64,000 bases of DNA from a virus. The notes under the pieces were generated by a model. That model was not told where the DNA came from. It searched no databases and saw only the letters and a list, made by a program, of their open reading frames with translations. This document shows, piece by piece, positions 47,601 through 52,319 of the stretch (position 1 is its first letter; each line of letters begins with the position of its first letter). The translations under genes were made by a program, and so were the position numbers. The stretch covers positions 1 to 64,000 of the IMG/VR virus record IMGVR_UViG_3300025110_000007; one strand, given 5' to 3'.

Positions 47601-48173
47601 CAGTTCGTGTTCTTCGTCAAGCGTTTTCGATGCGATGACATCTCCGTTGATGTGGAGCGAAAGTATTGTGCGGTCAAAAGTCAGTGTCACTTGAAGCAGT
47701 TCCCGGTGCCCGAGGTTAAGCCCGGTCAGGTCATTCTTGCTGTCGTCCTGTGCGTTGAATGTATCGTGTACATCGAGGCCAGCACGAGGGAAGGTGACAC
47801 CATCCCAGTAAGCAACATCGCCATCCAAACCAGAAACGGCTTGTGCACTGCTCAATGTGAATGTGTTTTCAGCATCGTTGGCTATGTTGCGCAACTTGAC
47901 TTGAGCGTGTGCAGGTCCGGGGCTCGATGGGCTCCCTACGATGATGCGACAGACATTTTCCTGTTCCCACACTATGCCCCCAGAGTCTGGAATAATCCAA
48001 GCCTCGATAGTAAAGGCAGACAACGCAGATGGTGTTTTTTGATGCGTCAAGTCACTACCTGTGTGTAGTTCTCCAAAGTTGTTCTTGAATGTCATCTGAG
48101 GAACAATGACACCATCGGTAATACCATTGAAGAAAAGGGCGTGACTTGGTTCGATTGATACAGTCATACTCAC
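32667..48173 (-). CDS. Giant (5168 aa) virion/tail protein with N-terminal LamG/ConA-like domain
   Basis: Uninterrupted 15.5-kb ORF; FTIEAWI, LHINGD, LWRFEE; G/S/T/A-rich; follows Dit-like genes. Confidence 0.85.
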   Translation of the reverse strand: MSMTVSIEPSHALFFNGITDGVIVPQMTFKNNFGELHTGSDLTHQKTPSALSAFTIEAWIIPDSGGIVWEQENVCRIIVGSPSSPGPAHAQVKLRNIANDAENTFTLSSAQAVSGLDGDVAYWDGVTFPRAGLDVHDTFNAQDDSKNDLTGLNLGHRELLQVTLTFDRTILSLHINGDVIASKTLDEEHELALHPTQLSIGGTGGEYRGTIEAVHWSRGASDAGHDLSLPVKNDSTLGLWRFEEPVEPIATSITLPSLSASTGASSSISIGTTLAQTLVDEFTGQSGLTSVDLTTSPQSNGSYSVKRFTSGSSTTVSVPHVPFNLLINPLGYNQSTGIPNREAPERVRITAVDASAGTMTVESIHLDYASNASTGRRGLLMAHGAGIGAIVTGDCLVDGGTGEPYQIAGTGTQFSHRQGQVLIDESDFENHGLLFALTMATTDNGYSKFSATTRMADNFLIGHTGRHTLNHIPGHPFMGTMPTPKAAYVEQSVDAVAQVMEASFAAQYADLSDSVPPGSPVVFNDLFGPYDVSGLTFSSVPTQAVENGMAGIDDTQRALLAIGGDGFDAEPFALRNMGDTSPTGDAHTRHMTPSTESRVAILNVPSLSTYDYAPFVQVHYNAIDFAGTGMKHAATGRLTHNYSSNVIKFQSTEAFGKTGTTIRADYISIAGEVAGASSITATLDHSAKTLTFSSAPTSAFQTAAVTGAIVNVSLRGSVLLVEKTIPSGNTQLASGVKMVDLIHSDISAGTAVLYAPGGVLEFESDSSFYIEDGGLVGDDSEGTIAETQLDVSLTPDNYLPLHSSDSVQKAPQVIASALYDNTVHKSFFHKLLISASDNEQITPNLEASGNFQAEFKKDMRPRTGVLVNNGGGYSASATSITVDGVDATTKFGVGLNVYTQKGLLLGAITSISSTAIGISAGIAGTVADNEELFHQPLMQAVSSTNQSTAVNEVFDIIGHRTKSGRTRVVVQPSDRRRFSQLTKMLTNKDDSEPNTVIVQYVVGRGKVIDFDSNGESDTVLRAHGLVADALSNSVNVKGDGAPDSHIVKEIMPGSPVVTMTMGGVGQGAVNTKPTWDPSPTARVGWSTRRDCTTKVSALGSTTITVVPLNNNATDLASWGTYCFPKIGKIFLQKPGIEGADNQLFASAEYASKTGSVFTFASGSTHLGSGKFILFDGTEAASFADWKTGTAIAIGGYLQVDDKFNAESIAPDGTTVNDRLFQTLDTVQHDYQLGTQYASTRAMIEFPLFEDFFFDDPDAGVFPGPDNSMKLHLDATYTAPTWAPNPVGRRPKSVAPEDPQVNSAFSLPVSQKKHKRGTTISAEYDSANRRIYVKDASLFPIPSAAPVVIGGIGGALRFRSAFTKNGEWVIYSAIDTTNNYLTVAGNAAADDAWAFSSNFLRDYQVGSRISPAQGIQNMNYASIADNPTLSSAGFEQRSEFYYDRANVMTQGGNIDYGLKQYVSAVEFRSGPTTNPHLPHVQNKRARGIVEAFSSPNLTLESSETWPATTSHSTHAYRVRYYDNTASAYKYAHYKTRTGNVLSLISIDSGFNPSAGTEILLVDFRATGSTVPTTLDTQLLNSKWANPFCPGGLRDGDTVWMNMQYTNPHSVEGLFCKSRGTLNEGQVWSGFLGGEGDFATTPRESIPMENFLIGNSCLETSRNFVQHINKTIELNYEALGLSATLAPTVAYLDPYQCTEDYARVLLYDVAHDREFIAFQDLWMQVQSSPATAEVKTPVDVANGFPSQHKETASTAKSEFMEAAMAHMNSGQLNVTIATHATGYHNHVPDVIATMRRTNDAVTEYGAPEDTHLQIDSSSDEVSTLFDTPDGTRVVPAFLSMKGIRSSTLDLSGHEESRLQHLPHWNQMDFVRRLTLDFGEIGVRQGITDIEAAAREVVRRINQAGAKTGRTHARRPADQFLGEADRFDFGKGHSATSTNPRKDPTAPHQKADFAATGSTHDPAPFWNSDTAFGSHDRGTHMGYMRAHLGRVVNSAEGKKGYSIVVHSTVPGASGRNFCAWMDNSNGQAPYRPEYLIGHGGRFRNYWCQPDEMDGENMHPAPMPINKFGRPFAPITTLREYIPMEEVDADYQNTLDFGPEVHGSGAINAHSTDEHATGRSSNTILNSSFEPKSDGKVLVEGLRVGTQAKARINFGGLTQAGIPGWAPDAGKWGMGRDGVSTRYDYIYGDKDLAAGTKQHGLVNQSGGGYIPDDDIRPDKMGTGQLYGIRMVDHRGDSHTIRMAYKQYGEALGNSLTRLPPTLDNEVIIHFDDRDVGQGGFTIGKHISGKGDVCGQYTGGTKQSFRGNLWNTYNSPAVGISATFQKDGSNDNFKIILAAPYGTGSNLAHTDILGYLGLPDSGLIQLNDVAGTANNGETYYYTSRSHYAKAGASGVHYLYGVKNISSDYSSAVTRIFSPRINFTSLLTDEVIAAAVNHAINMEDPNTEDVSATSFDCTSYLAPDGKTLGEWGVAPDAIRIKAHSSKHKVTPLRHLFQSSVGKDWGIQAAASNLATGTNHLGGLTEAEILAGVRLDVGYIPATVLHITTKYRGPNANTATPVLVDSLNDSVNVKQWRDNLRGDTYIRLPGDRITPCINTVMVNIASKDTSTTPDHLVLPSNEYLYLAMTPASDDSNAWSEEVVFWRGDTDWARAVSKAGAAENKLDLLNHSADFVTNLAADDILVAHANLLKFHDCDGIRTTGSHHGEPFLYFRGGRSSVDRWVPLYFGGGFSGVTLDINDGTQNDYEEFYTHPYSSGPTGSAGMQNVGEAAGSYALIDTNAMLAMFPGTPYLNQHNGQHYPPFFNKDAMLSPDLDAGNNTNASSTGVTYTGGGKTVNCNRPSPIVLRFSHPHARYSTTSATNDATTYLVFGPGQAVPHNFQSYEPQLSDIVTTGNGYSAVPSTHPAGESFLPNLISHGGSTLYGFSANLPPTKEYQASNISGYNWILNWEPTKGMPNSRFYGQGAGKGRYYDTHFGPSSPVAYAHPFDDVFKNYAGTFIGAIANTRASNSLWHMDGGYHPGGHFLDNHIIRNVKNPSSTNRLATGSGDTRNPSVFRVSSALAKAYSNGDIGGNIFVIDATRCQNAEELAAVLAAGINTFPGIDPLKAIGGTFLPTMQHAGKQDRYGWVALDVQPDGYTAEDGAAATLQAAGTLPTTLPAYGWLRISNGTKSAFAPYVSYTGATFTLGKNGITNSTNLVDPTTKAAIAAAQVNGDNGPAVVYVWTKAGTHQYNNTTQSREHMTQVHFNGFMDAVDRTKPIGAVGWAGEAYSYLNSYNGTSIGGTKFPAGLGAWHPFLGFAPYGSAETCLASSPPIGITDTPSSLANDFCVHGLSSRHLVAVSHESELPLIAKTDRDGIIASGDWLSVKADGNILRAGTQAWSINKVHNKSRYNAPATAGPHVEANIRASTDFTAYPNVDTVAYPNARVTSTSHVSRADPCQSPTGDLFWDKSIMSTNQLHTLADTLVQECTGITSRTEYYETSAGLYKYYDTKSAARNFTEEHIVWKRMDGGNLTMPASNARGLGMIPWTVRKDGGSYKTVGEKILGNCRFSFESTNSAMFPIIQAQELSHPQLAQKHINEKENALIIPNEHLQFESMQVVDDTGQEHRLEGGSPLGTVIMDFRHVSDRDIEGLSPAIAGSGISPNMKIRLPNADEIPGNIIVRPGFDRIQAYQNETMGSGGLMHPAQAQPSITDTFKETYDGPRLWPTWENNGWEHLSQDGTDLSDDRLAFPASSSKGWESHTDNAPLNTAYEPHDRSLQFHVTRVGVTMTHRYDVDELTYSGYSGTEITVGSTPEDDTWKDNGESSGGRWFLRVYDPTTNKGVLASYTNTGTNKFTGVVYSPDFVSFVTGKTGLKVVPSYFMPAGSTRFFASRRLRDHSEYSGASPDMKTIDWTAVNGTPHTALSAPKMTPMPIPRMGHHYVTPTMALMPGHYAHPAYQRLYNLGQASRITTSSTFEEDMSAEYSGNDLLERLNPRDPLVWFSGASAPYGPSDIHGGAFTLLTETKVKFDGYGIAASKGSAGTTNSQGGHSIVLEAAGSYTLNDHFPDPMEVGAYQIIIQPNVFKQQFSGYHSNHSDAVKAPSESGTKVTELTGQQVNTVVAIAHDDGSNTNGAYTLILAEATMADVRGCEIMLNEIMLDLEPDASSQFTNLPPLANYNALGVEETTSPAFSRRTLPYHPNMFIQTTPGFTLTVPWWAQLHKDGATASAATHFRHLEWHTPDHYYQMNRATFGAVGAQITLAGYPTCYPDIYAEHYRVRSLNPNAKVTASSAGGSTVNVDNAELFPVKAYYGEVLEYTDANGERQTATYTNRTGTLAHATLGTPTQFQGVTEVTPLFFDNLTNDTIIRLSGPYDNRKADEIFTNSLVSMTTRVMPQTMNGTRDTNSLHLADAYLCMWHPNLGRPFTYYSDDNSRGFYDKNGATDTPVLKKGLNNVPEHFETIHYNDFFYAASKGPFTFGMRWIIPPGAAGTGGTGTTKSGADMDGDGNLSHQGGTIGSDKYNFAGYWPGGSRGGAGSSRLDGFLETLIGWGGKLFGVDCVSFHDNTGLEERTYAQMTTASDNARNTCFGYRFALRQPYNRPRWSPYVRGYLEVANANALLGYYHGPFIQQDNKDDGWVGGTDYPATYTGVLERLTQISALLNQDQLGRQVRYSDGRRMTRAFGCPVRTIRNSSSVRRMYAGDRAGLEIAEIAQAHRYYMVDWWGNTRGEDVRRFPVRGFGISPAWDPEDAYEDGGSGNRPEANGLFATSTDRQSGNSNTANNDVAAMAIVDWFNPTNAMRVGDRGDGRGVRWPTHFNESLLMDISETVEPTGLVLSQPTAEPTVGKGLVRPRNDVLQAGETDRGISARLDLADDDGLLKPTAMVNETTESITTDTMLAEPVGGDGVRIGLDVDTLGELNDGVSREYVVMSTEAHSLHSNRDVGQRTTLRGAMNVGNRTLGHLDMTALDWTGQPVKGIIKVSDAHSFWALGGTYVMNWKRRAGALDVTGWGEAGATSSSNPYQDSNHTSVTENINHADSEIEFLVRPAFVLDNSHVQLFRSNMAVKSGAPQAGGTFYAATAGGKYGIYTSDAASARTGTPSSPPYAPVYSVNPANSAAVSQGPKILGVDVSGYDKTDITQPVARITMSENTLEHFRSDAARKEDYSVEPRHSQTLHPKGSKGDTSFNSGDHSTE

Positions 48174-49417
48174 ACCCCTATGACATGGTCAGCACTCATC
48201 AGTTGTAAATCATATCGGTAGGTACCATCGGCTCCTTCCTTCTTGATGTGTAATTTGGTAGGTACAACCGACAGACCGCCTTGATTGCCGACTGCGCTTT
48301 TACCTGCAAGTGTAGCCCATGCCTCTCCAAAATAATCTATCAGTCCGTCAACAAGATTTGAGAGCAGACCTGTTGAGCGACCATCTTCATCCTCACCGAC
48401 TGTGTTTGAAACCCGCATAGGCAAGGTAGCAGGTCGAGAGTTATTACGGGAATCCTTTTCAGCAGGCGTCAATTTACCATAGGTCAAGAACAGATTACGC
48501 ACAACAGGAGTGATGTCGTTCGACTGTACGAGTGAGTGGTAAGGGATTTGTATTCCCCGTAGCAGGTCAGACTCTTTACGAGAATTGGAAATTAAACCCA
48601 GTAGGTCTTGTGCCTTGTCGCCTGCACTCTTACCAAAAGAGTAGCGAGAAGGCAGACCGGATGACAAAATCGACGGGGAAAAATCATTGTTGAAATCAGG
48701 GTCAAGAGGAGTTCTTGCATAATTTTCGTTTTGGAATTTATCTTCAATGCGTACAATTTGTTGACCGTTGGCATGCTGTGATGTCGTCACAGTGAACGCA
48801 TCTGCGACACGCTTTGCACCCGGAACACCAAAGTGTCCATTTGCTGTGATATTGGTTGTCAGTTCAAGTGCGTCTTTAATGATGAGGGCCAGTGTTGAGG
48901 CAGGGTTGCCATTTGTAGCACCTGCCTCCACATTCCCAATGGGTACATCAATGTGCACATCACCCAGTTCAGCCCACTGCTTTGTTCCAACAACAGTAGG
49001 TACAGCCGAACCTCCGGCCCTGTTTGAAACAGTTGAGTTGAAATCAAGAACAATGAAGGTGAAATTACCACGAGGTGAATTATTTCGCCAATACATAGGC
49101 AGGAATCGAATTGATTTACCCGCCAAGAGATTGGTTGCTGGGCCAGCCTCTATGGTCGATGCAACCCAATTGCTGGTTATAATTTCTCTATACGCAAGAC
49201 GAGGCGACTGTACAACTCCAGCATCATCATCGTCTTCCAAAAGACCAGAGATGTTCATTGTGACTTGCGGCAAGTTTGTGTCAACACCTACTCGCTGTGA
49301 TGAAATCGGTAGTGGGAAAACAGTGACTCCACGAGAAACGGCGACCGCTATGTCTGTCGCACTCGTATTGATTGTGAAGTTATTCCCCTCACCAAAAACA
49401 AATCGAACAGGAATCAT
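48170..49417 (-). CDS. Distal tail/baseplate (Dit-like) protein, paralog 2
   Basis: Shares KSAGDKxQD and GxQIPYxS with 49427..51085; position after the tape-measure-like gene. Confidence 0.55.
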   Translation of the reverse strand: MIPVRFVFGEGNNFTINTSATDIAVAVSRGVTVFPLPISSQRVGVDTNLPQVTMNISGLLEDDDDAGVVQSPRLAYREIITSNWVASTIEAGPATNLLAGKSIRFLPMYWRNNSPRGNFTFIVLDFNSTVSNRAGGSAVPTVVGTKQWAELGDVHIDVPIGNVEAGATNGNPASTLALIIKDALELTTNITANGHFGVPGAKRVADAFTVTTSQHANGQQIVRIEDKFQNENYARTPLDPDFNNDFSPSILSSGLPSRYSFGKSAGDKAQDLLGLISNSRKESDLLRGIQIPYHSLVQSNDITPVVRNLFLTYGKLTPAEKDSRNNSRPATLPMRVSNTVGEDEDGRSTGLLSNLVDGLIDYFGEAWATLAGKSAVGNQGGLSVVPTKLHIKKEGADGTYRYDLQLMSADHVIGV

Positions 49418-49426
49418 AGCATCACC

Positions 49427-51085
49427 TCATAGAATAGCGTCGACCGCTAACATTTTCATGGTAAAATCGTACACATTGGATTGGCCGCTGTGCTCAAATT
49501 CAAAGTCTGTGACGATGGCCTTAATACCGCTTTTTCTATAATCTGAGAAAAACGGTTGGAATTTGGCATGGGCTGGTGTGGTGTTAATGACTGACATCTT
49601 TTGATTTGTTGAAACCTTGCCAGTGGTCAAGAAAAAATTGCGTTGGGCGAATGTTTCAGAAGAACTCTTACTGACAGTCGAATCATACGGTATCTGAACG
49701 CCGTAAATGTAGTCGCCTGCATTGTCCTGTGTGTAGCCTCTTAGCCCACTTAAATTCTGTATGAGTGTACCAACGGCTCCTTGCAATGCGTTTGGGTTGG
49801 CGTAGTTAGAGGCAAAGTTCTGGCTATTGCCTACGATGCCAAATATGTCTTGCACCTTGTCACCAGCAGATTTGACTTTGTTTCCAGCCCTGCCCCCGGT
49901 GAAACCTGTAAATTCATACTGAACTTGAGAAGGTAAAGTCGTATTCACAGCACCGCTGATTGCGCCAAGTTCTATGTCGGTCAACTGTGTGACAGTGACT
50001 AATGTTTGTTGAGTTCCCTTTCCTGTGGAAATGACGGTGGAAAAAACACTCGACAACTCCGTGGAATCACCACTGTTGAATCCACGAGAAGATACACCAC
50101 CGACAGGGTCGGGCGTGACGCTGGTCAGAGCCTTACTTACAATGTAAGCCAAAATCTCAGATGGGCTCGTTGCCGTGCCGACATCCCGTGAAGCACCGTT
50201 AGTGTGAGTAGGTTGTGTTTGGTCGAGCATGTGGCGAATAGGAATCCCAATCACAGGGCCAGTCGAATAACCATCACTGTACGACAGGGGGGTATTGTGA
50301 AGTTCAACCACATCATGCTGTGCAGGAGTCGTGGAGACAGAATACAGAGTGATTGAATCTGATGTGACTGCCTTGACCTGACCGTAGGTGCCTTCGTTGA
50401 ACTTACCTACGACTGGTGCATAATTTTGTTCAGCAGTCAGTTCAATCCACTCTCTTGGGTCTGCTCCGCTTACAGTGATTGTTTTGGTCGAAGCATTGAA
50501 CGATGCCACGACCATATTGGTTTCTCGCTTACGGTTAGCATAGGCATGCGGCTCTTTGACGGAGCCTCCTCGCTTAGCATCGAATATGAATTTGACATCC
50601 CTGCGTCCGTACGGCTCATCGGTCTTGTGCCAGTAAGCCACCGGCATTGTGAAATGTTTGTCATGAAGCGAGGCCAGAAACCGAGCGTTAGCGTTGGTTG
50701 GTGATGTTGGGGGTAAGGTAGGAAGTATTGAACCTCCTGCGTTCTGAAATTGGGAGAAGGCAAAGTTAGGACTGCTTGTATCTCCTTGAAAAATAGGGCC
50801 TCCGGGTGTACCGCCGGGGGGATTATTGAAAGGGGTTTCTGCACCAAAATCAAACTTAGCCGTGGAAAATTCAGCCTTTTCTTGGCCCCTGTCGTCGATG
50901 AAGGTGCCGCTCATCTCGATAAGAACATGTGACATGTTGAGGTCAATGCTCCCTTTCAAACCGTCAGTAAAGGGTGTAGGCCATACAGAAGACTGCTTGT
51001 CGACAACTATCTCGACTGTGTGCGCTGTCAAGTCGATGGTTTCACCATCTTCTCGGACCAGTCGGATTGGGAGTCGGTCTGCCAT
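49427..51085 (-). CDS. Distal tail/baseplate (Dit-like) protein, paralog 1
   Basis: Same shared blocks; directly after the tape-measure-like gene. Confidence 0.55.
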   Translation of the reverse strand: MADRLPIRLVREDGETIDLTAHTVEIVVDKQSSVWPTPFTDGLKGSIDLNMSHVLIEMSGTFIDDRGQEKAEFSTAKFDFGAETPFNNPPGGTPGGPIFQGDTSSPNFAFSQFQNAGGSILPTLPPTSPTNANARFLASLHDKHFTMPVAYWHKTDEPYGRRDVKFIFDAKRGGSVKEPHAYANRKRETNMVVASFNASTKTITVSGADPREWIELTAEQNYAPVVGKFNEGTYGQVKAVTSDSITLYSVSTTPAQHDVVELHNTPLSYSDGYSTGPVIGIPIRHMLDQTQPTHTNGASRDVGTATSPSEILAYIVSKALTSVTPDPVGGVSSRGFNSGDSTELSSVFSTVISTGKGTQQTLVTVTQLTDIELGAISGAVNTTLPSQVQYEFTGFTGGRAGNKVKSAGDKVQDIFGIVGNSQNFASNYANPNALQGAVGTLIQNLSGLRGYTQDNAGDYIYGVQIPYDSTVSKSSSETFAQRNFFLTTGKVSTNQKMSVINTTPAHAKFQPFFSDYRKSGIKAIVTDFEFEHSGQSNVYDFTMKMLAVDAIL

Positions 51086-51086
51086 T

Positions 51087-51551
51087 TCAAATTCCTCTGT
51101 TCATACCGCTGTTTTGCCTTGAGCCACCCATCTTTGTGCGCAACTCCTTGGACACCATGGCGCTGAGTTCCTTGGCTAATTTTTGCTTATCAGAGCGGTC
51201 GGTGACTCCACTCACATCAATCTTGAGTGTACTGATGTTGACATTGTGGTTTGTGTCAGTAGGCGTGGCTGGTCGTGTTGGAGCAACAGGGTCAGGCTGT
51301 TGACTTGGTCGCATGGCTTCCATACGACTTTCTTCCAACGCACTCTGAACATTGCGCATTGGCTCTATATTCTGCATCTGGCGCAGGGATTCACGAAGGT
51401 CACGGGTGCGTGTATGTGACACATTCATGACCTTGTTGAATTCTCGGATTTGCTTTCTAAGCCCTTCCATATTTTTGTGAGCCGCCTCGGAATACTCTGA
51501 GAACTTCTTGACCGAGTCAACAGTCCGAGGGTCAATGTTTTCGTCCACCAT
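51087..51551 (-). CDS. Very short tape-measure-like protein (154 aa)
   Basis: In the tape-measure slot; helical N-half; C-terminal NVNISTLKIDVSGVTD...LAKELS. Confidence 0.5.
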   Translation of the reverse strand: MVDENIDPRTVDSVKKFSEYSEAAHKNMEGLRKQIREFNKVMNVSHTRTRDLRESLRQMQNIEPMRNVQSALEESRMEAMRPSQQPDPVAPTRPATPTDTNHNVNISTLKIDVSGVTDRSDKQKLAKELSAMVSKELRTKMGGSRQNSGMNRGI

Positions 51552-51557
51552 GCTTCA

Positions 51558-51824
51558 TCACTCCAAGGGTGGGATATAATCGTACCCCAAGTACACAGAG
51601 TCGGTTTGAGTTGCCTTCTCCTTTTTGCGCATAGCCACAGCCCAAGCAATCAGTTGCCGAGCATCATCCGGTGTCAATTCTCTCACTTCATTCAGCCCCA
51701 TGTTGTAGTGTGTCATCATCAGATATTCGTTCCCTTCTCTTTGTAAGCGAAGCCACTCGTCCGTCTGCTTTCCAGCGACGAACTCATTTATGCTGGCGAC
51801 TTCGCCTCCCGAAAACTCAGCCAT
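51558..51824 (-). CDS. Tail assembly chaperone (gpT-like)
   Basis: YLMMTHYNMGLNEVRELTP; overlaps the upstream ORF in the -1 frame. Confidence 0.55.
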   Translation of the reverse strand: MAEFSGGEVASINEFVAGKQTDEWLRLQREGNEYLMMTHYNMGLNEVRELTPDDARQLIAWAVAMRKKEKATQTDSVYLGYDYIPPLE

Positions 51825-52093
51825 TCTATGACCTGAACTGGGTCAGGTACAAATGATTGCAATTCGATACCTTCCTCAACACTGAGTTGGCTCAGGGCTA
51901 TGGGTTCACTAAATTGAAGCCACTTGCCAAAGGCAACCATCCAGTATTCTGCTAAGTCGATGTCATCCCGTGCAAACAATGGGGCTAATCCTTGAACATC
52001 AAAAAAGGTCGGCGTAGCGACCGTGACTTCAACTGACTTGCCCTGTATTTCCATATTATGTTTCTTCACCGGTTTGGGTGTCATCGTACTCAC
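51788..52093 (-). CDS. Tail assembly chaperone (gpG-like)
   Basis: Position between tail tube and tape-measure-like gene. Confidence 0.55.
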   Translation of the reverse strand: MSTMTPKPVKKHNMEIQGKSVEVTVATPTFFDVQGLAPLFARDDIDLAEYWMVAFGKWLQFSEPIALSQLSVEEGIELQSFVPDPVQVIEWLSFREAKSPA

Positions 52094-52310
52094 TCACTGT
52101 GTCGTTTGAGGTAGCCTCTTCTGAGGGGACCTCCGAAGCATCACCCTCTGGCTCCGAAGAGGCAGAGATGTGTTCTCCAAATGGGTTGTCTGAGGCTTTG
52201 CCAGCCTCTGGGTCGAATGTATCTTTGAGAGGGGCCTTTTTCTTAGATGTTTTTGCCTTAACCACAACATCGCCTCGGGGGTGAAGTTGGGAAGGGGTCT
52301 TCATTGGCAT
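52056..52310 (-). CDS. Small protein, basic then acidic low-complexity
   Basis: ORF track; GAGG SD. Confidence 0.5.
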   Translation of the reverse strand: MPMKTPSQLHPRGDVVVKAKTSKKKAPLKDTFDPEAGKASDNPFGEHISASSEPEGDASEVPSEEATSNDTVSEYDDTQTGEET

Positions 52311-52319
52311 AGGCTCGCC

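Noticed and set aside
32733-48068. Many short ORFs inside or antisense to the giant gene
   Set aside because: Shadow ORFs of a long coding frame, with no recognisable motifs.
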